DNA of 20,000 nucleotides from Perkinsus olseni (Eukaryota): NCBI GenBank assembly GCA_013115125.1, contig JABANN010000014.1, positions 123,539 to 143,538 of the forward strand, read 5' to 3'. Shown piece by piece: positions 1 to 15,697 of this stretch (position 1 is its first letter; each line of letters starts with the position of its first letter). The notes under the pieces were generated by a model. It saw only the letters and a program-made list of their open reading frames with translations, ran no database searches and was not told where the DNA came from. The position numbers and the translations under genes were made by a program.

Positions 1-3000
1 TCTCACGAACTGTACTGGTGATGATAATACAGAAGCATTAGATATGCTACAGACTGTAGTTAAGGGGATGTTGGTCGGAAATAAAGGACAGTCCACACAA
101 ACTCAAGTCCTCCTTCAAGATGTTACGGCACTACATAGCTGGCTCAACAAGTACTCATCTCAACTGGTTCTTAACTGGTAGTAGGAGAAGGAGCTCGATT
201 GGGCAGGTATCATCTGTGTGCGTTGAACTGCCCTGGGGAGAGCCACGAGGCTCTGTTGAAGGAGGCCGGCTTGGAGGGCCCTGACTACACCGATTGCCGC
301 TTGGACTCAGCGATAAGTAGTACTGACGATTGTTTTTCCGACATGGAACATTCAGCTGTCTTACTGTAGTTCTTGCGATAATGTCGTCGTTTAGGTGATG
401 CTCTAGTGAAAGCCATCAGCAACTTCTACAGCAATTTCGCCGTTCCCCAGCTCTATCCGGTGGCCCATGAGCAAATGGTGGCACAGGAAGAGTTCAACAC
501 TCGTATGAGGGTGGACAAGGGAACGGTTGATGCGGAGAATGCTAGCAAGTAGCCTGGCAGTGGTGGAACTGGGGTTCGATTACACAACGTGGGTGCCCCT
601 CGACGATAGGTACTCTTCTCTGGCGACGGCGTTTGAGAAGCTGTCTACTCAGCTGAAGTCGGTGGCAGAGATTCTGGACTTACCACCACCGAAGCTGCCG
701 GGTGAAGGTAATATGAGTGATGGCGCTTCAGTGAGGTACATGGTATTCGTATTAGAGTCTGAGTCGAAGACACGGTTGACTGGTCCTTCACAAGAGGCCA
801 GCAAGAAGGAGGATGGTGGTGGCCTTAGCGAACAGGAGCGTATGCTGCAGCTCCTATGGTAGTCTAAGTGGGCTCCTGCCGTTGGGATGCCCGCGAGCTT
901 GCATGATGTCAGGGTTGACGATTCGGACAGATCCTTCTATGAGGACCTCTACGATTTGGAGGCCCGTCTACCACCAGTGCTGCTGCGGGATGTTCCAAAA
1001 GCAGATGCTGATGCTGAGACGACTGCCAAGGGTACTGTTCGGGGTCTTGGAGTCAGGGTGGCGGCCCTGATCTATGACGGAGTGCCACCGAGGATCGATT
1101 GCGTTCATCGAAGTCCTCGCCGGTTGGGGGCGACAGTGCAACACCATAGTGGAATGCCAGCATGTGACTTGGCCATATGGGTGCTTCGACCTTGATATAG
1201 CTCAATGACGGTGTTATCTCTGGATGCGCTTTGTAGGAGGGACCACTGCAGCGAGCGCCGCCTTCGACGTATGGCTGGACAACCTGCGGACTTGCGAGAG
1301 GAGGGATACGGCAGACGAGCTCAGTCAGAAGTGGTTCGAGGAGGGCCTCAATACTAAGCAGAATAGGAGGAAGTTGGCGAGGTTTATACTCAACCCGAGG
1401 GATAAGGTGGAGTGAAAACAGCAGTGGCCTCGGATAGAACCTGGGTCATTTGCCTAGGCAAGAGGAACAGTGCCGCCTGAATGGTTACGTGTCGTAGCGA
1501 ATATTGCCCCATGGGCTAAGGACCTAGTGGATGCGGTAATAACAAAATGGCGAGGGTCAGGGCGTCGCCCAATCCGCCTGGGAGGGGTTCAATGACGCTT
1601 TCGCGCTGTACTCGAGACTTGAGCTATCCCGCATTCGCCTGGAGTGATAGGCTTGCTGAAGTGGGTCCTCTCAGCTCGCCTCTCAAGCACTGAAAAGGCT
1701 CGATGAGGCTCTGGCCAAGAACGAAACGGATAGGGTCGGGGAGCAGATGGTGTGCTTGAGGCTACTGGCCCAGATGTGCAAGTTCAGGCTGGTCCCTCCG
1801 GGTGAGTTGGTCGGGGTTATCAGGCGATGAGAAGCTTCCCTTCAGGAGCCGTCATGGACTTTTTCAAGCGTCTGATGGATGGCGGGCATCTTGCCAACGA
1901 CCATTGGGCTGAAATGGCTAGTCAGCTGTGCCTTTCCTGCGGAAGGTAGTCTAGCGAGCGTCAGTACAGTAGCGGAGAGAATGGCCGTCTAATGCGCCGT
2001 GAAGCTGAAGGGATGCTTGCAACTCCTCCCGTTGGCAGGTACCTCCTCTACAAACCGGACACGGCCACGCGGATGGACAATTTAGTAGAGCGGATGTGGA
2101 AGCTGAAGAACAGGTGAGAGAAGGCTCAGGTGCATCTCAGTGGGCTGCAGTCTTGTCGGTCCTCAGCGCGACCCAGGCTCTCACTGCCAGCGCTGACGTA
2201 TCCCTAGAGGATGCCTACTTCCATATGAAGCCCCGCAAGACGAGGTTTGGTGTGAAGGGAGGCGATCAGGACCGGCCGATAATGGAGCGGTAGTTTTGAC
2301 TGGATGAACGCCTTTCCGATGGACAGCGCCTTGTTGCTGAGGTTACACTGGTGTTAGGTTAATACGGAAGTTCATCTTCCAAGATATTTATATCATGGAC
2401 GAAGACGAGGGACTTCGGTTAGCGAGGAAGTTGCCATGGGAACATCATGTCATCGAGGAGAGTAAGGACGGTCGGGAAGCAGTGTTCAGCTCCTGGGAGG
2501 GGGCGATGCCTGGATACTGGCGAGGGGGGTCAGGGCAGTTGGCCGCAGTTTTGTCGTGTTGTAGACGGTACGGTGAAGATCGGCGAAAAGTGCAACGAGG
2601 AAGACAGCGAAGTGTACAAATGGATGAATGAGTGTGTGCTTGATCTCAACGTCCATGCCAACTACGATTGCATGTAAGGGTTCTATGAGGAGATCTCGTC
2701 TAGAATGCCTCCACCGCAGGTACTCCCTGGCCTCCCTGCTATCTGGCCTAGCGAGGTTCCGTCCTCGATTCGTTATCGAGGTGGTGGACGAACTGATGGA
2801 GGAGGTGAGAGCGATCTATTCCCCCCCTGTCAGTTCGATCAAGGGCCTCTCAGATACAAATAGGATGCGAACGTGAAGACCCTCGGGAGTCCTCTGCTCG
2901 TGTCCGACAGATCAAGCTCATCGGGGAGCTCTACATATATTGCGTCTTGGACTCAGCAACCATCTTTGATCTACTGTGAGTATCCGACGTTGAAGCTAGG

Positions 3001-5915
3001 CGGGCATCCTCTTGTTGGTGTATCTTTGTACTGCCGTCTAGATACCATCTAATAGGCTTCGGAGGAGCTACATCCTTCGCGGCCTCCACAGCCGATACAG
3101 CAGCTAGGACTCTCGAGAAGTGTCAGATAGTAAGTCTATCTAATGGGCTACCTCAGTCGTCTCGATGGTCGCCGCTTCTGCAGGCCACTGGAGGGCCTAT
3201 GGGTGCTATAGCTGAGGAGGACGAGGAGGAAGGCGAGGATGGCGAGGATGAGGACGGATCAGGTAATGGCTCGATCTGCTAACCTATCATTGTGTATTGT
3301 AAGCACAGATGTTACGTGTATACGTGTTTATATAAGTATTACCTATATTACACTATATTATCACTTCTTAAAATGTATACCCATAAGTGCACTATACCAT
3401 TCAGAAGTCTATTTGGCGGATAAGGCCGAGAGATACTGTCATGCACTGCCGCGCAGTTGTGTCAATCTGAGAAGAGCAGCGGGAAGATTTCCGGTATGGC
3501 TCAAGTTGACCCCCCGAAATTGATGTCCTTATCAGCGAAATTGACTTCCTTAACCATGAAATTGTATGTCGTTTTCGCGTACTTCCTTATCCGCCGATAG
3601 TATCCCCTCATCTCGACCCTACTGCCAATTTACTGTCTCAACCCGCCAACGTGAAATCCTCGACCCCCATACAGGTGGCCTTATCCGCCAAATAGACTTC
3701 TGAATGGTATAGTATATGCTGGTCTAGATTCTATCAAGCTACATATCAATACTTTAGTATTCATTTCTTTGATATTCTATGAGGCAAGCTAATAAGGCAG
3801 TCGTCACAGCGCCACTCATCCATGTTGTGGTGTTCGTCAGATTCCCTCAACTCCAAGGCGCTGCTCCTTCCCGACGTCTTCCGAGACCCGTCCAACATCG
3901 ACGAGCCGCCGTATTCCTTCTTCCGAGCTACTCTTGTTTGCAACCTCCTCAGCGCCTGCGGCCCCTACTTCTATAAGTCATCTCGGCTTAGGGAAAGACT
4001 GGAGCGTTTCATGCTATTCTTTCGAGTAGCGTGATGGGGACGGCTTCATGAATTTTGGAGCCTGTTTGCCCTCAGAGGTACCTGTTGGCGAGGTCCACAG
4101 CAGCGGGCATGGAGCTGCCGAGGAGAGTTGAGAATATGTACTTGGATACACTGGACGCGATACACCCGACGTCATCACACAAATCACGGCGAGAGAGGAG
4201 ACGCAGGCGGAAGGTGAGGAAGAGGGGTGAGAGATGGTTAAATTATTATGAGGTTGATTGCAGGGGAAGGAAGAGGAAGAGGAGCCGTCGGTTCTCAACG
4301 GCAAGGTCTCGTCTTTGACAGATGTGGATAAGGTAAGTGTCCTCCGTGGTGGTGTCCGACTATTCTATGCTGCACCATTGCTGGGCATGTAGGAGCTGCA
4401 TAAGATGCTGCTCACCGAGGGAGAGGCTTTACGGCAAGGGAAGCAGATCGACGATCAAGGCAATGACGATGATGATGAGTATGAGGAGGACGAGGAGGAT
4501 GATGATGTAGGATAGCTGGAAGAGAGCAGCCCTTCGTCTGGGTTGATGGATGGATATACCCTGTCAGGCATATGCATCGAGCTCGCAGGTCGATGGGATG
4601 GCTAGCGATGAGTTCGGGGATGAGGATGACGAGGAAGATGATGAAGATGAACTGAGGGAGAAGGTGGTGAAGCCATGCAGCTATTGCGATCATCGTCTTG
4701 TCGATTTGACCTGACGATATTGTAATGATTGTTATTACCCCTTCAGGAGTTGATGGACGAGGAGTTCGACAGGAGTTTCAAGGAGATGCTATCGGAATCG
4801 GTCGCATACGGCCGCTCCCAGCGCCAGCAACAGGTATGCAGGGACGAACCGGCATGGTCTTAGCTCGCGTATCTGTGCCGCACCGAGAGGAGCCACGTCC
4901 GTGGGAGCTACACACAGGCTCTGCCGCAAGCCTCTGTTCTTTGCTTGCCTCACTGCGACGACCGATCGTGTGTGTGCTTCCCATCACCGCGGTCTTCTTG
5001 CGGCACTCAGCTTGTGTCAGGCACCGCTGCGTAGTTTGCAAGATGATCGGCTACGGCAGGCTCTCTCGACAGTACGAGTGGCAGAGTTGGTGAGTGGCCC
5101 TGCTGGACTACTGTCGCGAGGAGGACTTCTTTGTCTCCTTAGTCGAACAAGACAGACTCGCAGTCCCCTCCCAGTGAAGCCCCCTTGAAGCCTGGTATGA
5201 TGAAGTTCGTGATGCGGACCAACAAGAAGGGTGTATCAACTGCAGGGAGTGAGTGGCTGCTCCCCCGCCGGGGGGCCCCGGCCATGAGGCGCCCAGGAAT
5301 TGGCTGGTTTGCCTCCTGCCTTAGGTGGAGTGATTGGACTAGCAGTACCATCAACATCGAAGCTGGTACGAGGCCAAGCAGAGTATGAGGAGCATCGACA
5401 GAAGAAGGAGCAGGAGCGGGCAGCGATCAAGGAGCTCACGATTAAGCACATTGACGTTATGGAGCAATCTGGATCGCAGGAGGAATCAGTGAGACCTGCC
5501 AAGCGACCCCTCATCGCAGTTTCTCTCCCCTCCCAGTCAACACCACCTGCCGTGCGGTACAACTTCGAGCGGCGTCGTCGATCGCGGGGTTCTTCAAAAC
5601 CGCTACGGCCTGGCCGGCTGGACGACTTCATTGGCCAGGGTTATCTCCCGGAGCCCGACAGACAGGTAGGCTCGCAACGATCAGCGAGGATCCAGAGCCT
5701 CTCTTCTGTTCAGCGCCCTATCAGACCCACTGCACCTCATTCTAGCACAGCCACCGGTAAGTAGGCTAATCGCAGTGCCGTGATGGAGCCCTGTGCTTCT
5801 TACCTCAGGGGGGCCCTCCTTCCCAATGCAGCCTGGTTCCAAGCGTACTTTGGCTGAACAACGTAACAGGCCCGGCAGCCGTGGTGGCAGCAGATTCGGT
5901 GGCAATCGATACTAA
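1..5915 (+). CDS. UPF2: Regulator of nonsense transcripts 2 (UPF2/NMD2), multi-exon, 5' end probably outside the window
   Basis: Spliced exon translations match UPF2 landmarks. These include FYEDLYDLEARLP, NRRKLARFIL and LAQMCKFRLVP. MIF4G-3 is seen as LARKLPW...LIGELYIYCVLDSATIFDLL...DEPPYSFFRATLVCNLLSACGPYF...RLERFMLFF. An acidic D/E tract lies at 4460-4660, followed by the Upf2 C-terminal motifs DEEFDRSFKEMLSES and LAVPSTSKLV...EQERAAIKELT. The predicted stop is TAA at 5913-5915. Confidence 0.9.
3391..3713. mobile_element. Non-autonomous DNA transposon (MITE) in a UPF2 intron
   Basis: Perfect 37-bp inverted repeat: ACTATACCATTCAGAAGTCTATTTGGCGGATAAGGCC (3391-3427) and its reverse complement (3677-3713). 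The outer bases read as a TA or TATA duplication. There is no transposase ORF, and the element lies in an abnormally long, AT-rich intron starting at GT 3263. Confidence 0.85.
3516..3570 (+). repeat. Degenerate 21-bp tandem repeat inside the MITE
   Basis: GAAATTG starts at 3516, 3537 and 3558: GAAATTGATGTCCTTATCAGC / GAAATTGACTTCCTTAACCAT / GAAATTGTATGTC. Confidence 0.7.
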
Positions 5916-6265
5916 CTTCATCGTTTCTTGGAGATTGAGCATTCCGAGTTCTTCCGTCAATGTACGGCTTAGTCATTGAAGAGATTTCGATTTCTGGTAG
6001 GATGCGTTTATTTTAGCACTGGAACTACAGCTTTGGTCCGGCCCGATTGGCTCATGCGTCTTTTCCGCTCCCTGAGAGCGAATCGCTGTCTGTGTCGACG
6101 AGCCTTTGGGGTGCCTGGTTACACACTCGCGCTTCGCTTGTCGAGGCAGGCAGTTGATACTATTTCCCTTCGCCACGAATTTAGCAGAGTACAAAGGAAG
6201 AGGGAACGAGCTCGCTCTTCGGTTAACTTTTCCCAGCGTGTCTTGTCATCATCATAGCTGATGAT

Positions 6266-11581
<5,316 letters not shown>

Positions 11582-11789
11582 TGCAAGCCTCGCATAAATT
11601 GAAGCAACTCAAATTTGAATCCAGTCCGGCTCATAATCATTTCTCATGAAGCTTTCCTGCATCCGTGTACGTGTTGAATTAACCACGTTATGATTGTCTA
11701 GCCCGGCGCCAATCGCGTATGATACCCTCTCACGTTACCGCCAAGGGCCTCTCGGATAAAGAGGGGGCATCCAGGTTTCGAGGGCTCAT

Positions 11790-12700
11790 TTATATCATCA
11801 TTGTGTCTCCCGCCATTTTACTCAAACTCTGAACAACTGATTCGATGTAACCCGTGCGGCATGCCGTGCTCAAGCACATCTTGCCAAAATGCAACAGCCG
11901 TCTCATCTCAAATATCGATGAGCCCCCCATGGTCGATGAATCGTCCACTTGCTGCTTCTCTGCATTCATCGCACTGCTCGTCACGGCTCAATGATCTTCG
12001 GCTGTGAGAACTTAGCCAAGGCAGCCGCCACCTCGCGACACGTATCCTTCGTTTCACCTGACCAGCCAAGCATTAACTGCCCGTCCCCAACTGGAACTTT
12101 TACGGTTACTCACTGCTGTTGGCTGAGATCCTCTCGGCCATCCTTTCCGTTTTCCATTGCAGCATTGCGATGGCCTCCGCTTCTCCTCCGAGGCGTCGCC
12201 CCATTATCCCAATAATAACCTCACGATGCGCGGCCCACCAAGCATGATTCGTACGAGCACTCTCGATAGCTTCCTCGATTCTCGCACTCCGCTCCGGGCC
12301 CTCCGAGAATGGCTCCTTTTGCTGCTTGCCGTCCTCTTCCTTATGCCCACTATTGTCAGCTGCAAGCTTGGAGACATCAATGGACTCCCAAGGTGACAGG
12401 AGCTTCCATTCGAAGCTCGGTGGTTCCGCAGGAAATGCCGAGCAGCGCATCGTATCATGGCCTTCCCTGTTGAGAGGTCTCCGATCCTTCATGTGTGCCT
12501 TCTCCGTGTGGCCGGTCGACGGCCGCCGCCCTGCCCTCAGAGGAGTGTGCAGGCGCCTTTGCTGATGAAGCCGTTCAGTCAATGCCCTGACACCACTTGG
12601 CGTCCGAGATCTTCTCCCACTGACCAGAGGGGTCCAGCCGGACTTTACCAAATGAAGCGGGAGGGATGGTATCGCCGAAGACCCGCTCCGCGTCATCAGG
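11790..12700 (-). CDS. Hypothetical multi-exon protein (boundaries uncertain)
   Basis: Long open frames (12106-12696, 11790-11984) have coding-like composition, e.g. PPSFEWKLLSPWESIDVSKL...ARIEEAIESARTNHAWWAAHRE, and are separated by GT-AG introns. No family recognised. Confidence 0.45.
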
Positions 12701-12810
12701 GGATAACTTTAGGGCTCCTGTCTCACGCGCGGGTAAGCATTTCTTTCCACTCCCGGGTTCAACACAACACCAGTTCCGTCCACAACAACACAATATACGA
12801 CATGCTACCA

Positions 12811-14127
12811 CTACCTACTATTCTCGTCCTGCTGGCTGGAGGGGACCACGAACTGAAGTGATTGGGAGGACGTTCGAGTAAGCGTAAGGCTATCGCCCTC
12901 GAAAACGCGGACCTACTTGCCAGATATTCTGAGGTCCGTGCCGTCTCAACGCATAGTCCCCGGTGATTTCGCCTAAAAAAGTGGCGATGGATTCATGCTG
13001 TCCCGAGCACGAACCTTTCTTCTCCGAATTCATGTTGTGTGTCTTGTTGGTGGAGTAGTAACAATGGGCGTGCACCTCATTCTCGGCACCGAAGATATTC
13101 ATCTGCTTGATCTTGTCCGAAGCCAGGTAGCTCCCTGCATGGTTCACGGCGGACTCCAAACTTTCTTCGAAGAGCAATGCCCACCCGAAGAGAGGTGCTT
13201 GATAACCACAGGCTGGTCGGCCTTGATCGGTTCCCCCTCGGTCTCGAAACGCATCTTGCCGTCTGGATGCAGGATCTACCGAAAGAGTATGAGAATGAAC
13301 ATACCCAGAAAAGACGGTCTACCTGCCATCTTGTGTTTCCAGCAGGCTTGTCCAAGGCACCCACTTCCTGCTTACGGCTGCACTTAGAGGCAGCCAAGGC
13401 AGACACCATCTCGCTGTAGAGGTAGCAGTCACTGAGAATGAGCCCCCCATCCAAACTGCCTTACACAGCACAGCTTACCTATCCGGGACGAAACTCCGCA
13501 GCCTCAGCCTCACTTCATCACCATAACGTACAGGCTCCTCGGCGTTGTCGTCCGTGTTCACGAGTTCAACCGCGAACACGTTACGGACGCACGGGGTGGC
13601 ATAAGGCCCTATGGCAGAGTAATACAGCGAGGCGAGCAAAACATACCGGTAGTAACTGCATATGCAGTTGACTTCCTGCCCGGTATCCTCTCCTCAGCGT
13701 TACCGCTGAGGAAACACTCCGACGCCGCGTTTCGGAGCATCACCGTGTCACCTGAGAATCGTTTGGGAGAATCAGGGGGAGACGATCGCTCAAGGAAGTC
13801 AGTGTTGCAGCCCAGTACAGCCGCCCGCAGGTCGAGATGATGACCGAGTGTTACCGTTCCGTAAAGTGCCGTCGCTGCCCCTTAATTTCGCCACCGATGG
13901 CTGCAGTGCTCGCTCAAGCATGAGCTGCTTAGATATGACCAGAAGGTCACCAGCCTCCTTCTTCGATACGTACCTGGCGAGGAGGGCTCGTTGGAGATCG
14001 GCCTCCACCTCCGCCATTACTCCTTCATCCTCAGGTCGTTGAGTTCGACCTCTTCGCACCAATTGCCGATACGGCAGGTCGGTTTGTAGCGAGCACCGCC
14101 GCAGAGCTGCTGACTAGTGAACTGCAT
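12811..14127 (-). CDS. CFAP161: Cilia- and flagella-associated protein 161 (microtubule inner protein), multi-exon
   Basis: The spliced translation is MQFTSQQLCGGARYKPTCRIGNWCEEVELNDLRMKEYVSKKEAGDLLV...GDTVMLRN...PCVRNVF...VRYGDEVRL...YLYSE...SKCSRKQEV...HPDGKMRFETEGEPI...NIFGAENEVHAH...QNIWQFV. This follows the CFAP161 pattern as I recall it (RIGNWNED, GDKVML, PCVRN, RYGQ, KSRLQEV, EGFPV, FGKE.EV.AH). ATG is at 14127-14125 and TAG at 12813-12811. Confidence 0.85.
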
Positions 14128-14361
14128 TACCGCACTAAACTGAGCGCCAGACAGAGTGACTGAGACATCTCCTAGACACCCGCCACCCGTGGACCCGGCA
14201 CTGCCGGGCCGGCAGGGACGAGCAAGCAGGCTGGGATAGCTGTCACCGTGCCAGCAACAGCTACGATCTCCGGGAGTCGCTCTCCTGCTACAGGGCCAAG
14301 CTCAGCCATCGGGGAACTCAGCACTATGGACAGCAGCAAACTGACAGCCATCATTAGCATG

Positions 14362-15486
14362 TTATGTAGAGACCCTTCTTGTAGGCCTCATGCATGAGCA
14401 TCCATCACCGGCAGACAGGACTGTATCTGCTATGTCGCTCAAGACCCTCGCATAGGGGTGCATTCCTTCCTCCTGTAACTTGCCAGAGACCCACTGAGGT
14501 ACCCAATGCATCGGTTGCACTGCCCAGTGGCATTGATCGTGCACATCCACAGGACCACAGGCACGCCAAGCCTTATCGACGAGGGGTTCGGGCGGAGCGT
14601 AGCAACTGCAGTGGATGCCACTAACTATCATGCTTCCACACTTAGTAAGCGGCGCGTATAGCCCTGTGATTCTTGGCCTACCATCCACATCCGGGAGGGT
14701 CCGCAGCAGCCCCACCTGTACCCAGTGCGCGGTCGGAAGGGCCGGGTTACCGGAAGTCCTTCTGACGACGTCACCCGAACGAACGTTCTTCGCGGCAGTA
14801 GCTCCCTTATCCCGGATGAAGACGAGATGGTCAGCCGACAAACGTAGCGGACGGCACTCCTCCTCACTATCGTCGGGGGCCTCAATCTCGATACACGTCC
14901 TAGGCTGCCACTCGAATTCAGGTTCCCGATGGAGCCATGAAGTGACCTCGCTATACATCAGCATGTCATCCACGACAGACAGAACTTCGTCGCCCAGTTG
15001 AAGTTGCGATATGCGAATGGTACCTGAGGTCTCCACAGTAGAGTTTGGTGTTGTGCGCTACTTCGGCTTGGTAAGCCCATTGCGGCGAGCGCATGTGTTT
15101 GCTCTTTACTGCACGCCGCTGAGCTTTCCGAGAACTTTACCTTTGGCCTTCTCGATGACTGTGTTGTCTCCTGCGAAGCAAGCGGGGAAGCCGTACTTCT
15201 TGTCGTGCGCCTGCCGCATCTCATCCGACTTCGTCTTCATCTTCTCTAAGGCAAGCAACGAGTCAACCTGCGTTCAGACTGAGGAAATTCTACGGCCCCG
15301 AGTATGGCACCACAAAAGGCGGGTAACAACGAACATACGCAGAGCTCCGAAGATCGCCTCCTTCTTATGAAGGCTCTCCCCGACAGGAAGGTGCTTATCA
15401 TGGTGTATACCCGCCCCGTGGCCGCCGAAGGCAGTGACGGGATGCTGTGCTTCGCAGTCATTCGGCACCGAGAACGGCCAAGTCAT
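14362..15486 (-). CDS. Hedgehog-type Hint/Hog autoprocessing domain protein with a short unknown N-terminal domain
   Basis: Exons 15486-15339, 15245-15141 and 15023-14362 join in frame. They give ...DKKYGFPA|CFAGDNTV..GTIRISQLQLGDEVLSV..YSEVTSWLHRE..LRLSADHLVF..AKNVRSGDVV..GLYAPLTKCGSMIVSGIHCSCYA..CHWAVQPM..GMHPYARVL. All Hint blocks and an SRR-like tail are present. A possible extra 3' exon extends to 14172. Confidence 0.9.
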
Positions 15487-15697
15487 TTTCTACAAGGTAT
15501 GAACATAAATCTGGAGAAATTGACGAACTCGAGTCCCGCAGTCGCTTGGGGAAACAACCTCTGCCATTCGCATTGGGCAATCCAAGATGCCGATGGGTTC
15601 GGCTCAGACGTTCAACTTAAATGCTACACGGGAATGAGTATGTCGTAGCTATCGAGAGGCCCTCATGGCCCCATGCGAATTGCATGACAGATAATGA

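Noticed and set aside
3239-3523. 94-aa ORF as a possible transposase fragment
   Set aside because: It runs through AT-rich intron and terminal-repeat sequence and has no DDE or HTH features.
4460-4660. GAT/GAG-rich repeats as a separate repeat element or CRISPR-like array
   Set aside because: They encode the acidic region of UPF2, and there is no repeat-spacer structure anywhere in the window.
14362-15036. Intein, or a Hint pseudogene lacking Cys1
   Set aside because: Cys1 is on the upstream exon. The domain ends in SCYA plus an SRR-like tail, with no His-Asn and no C-extein.
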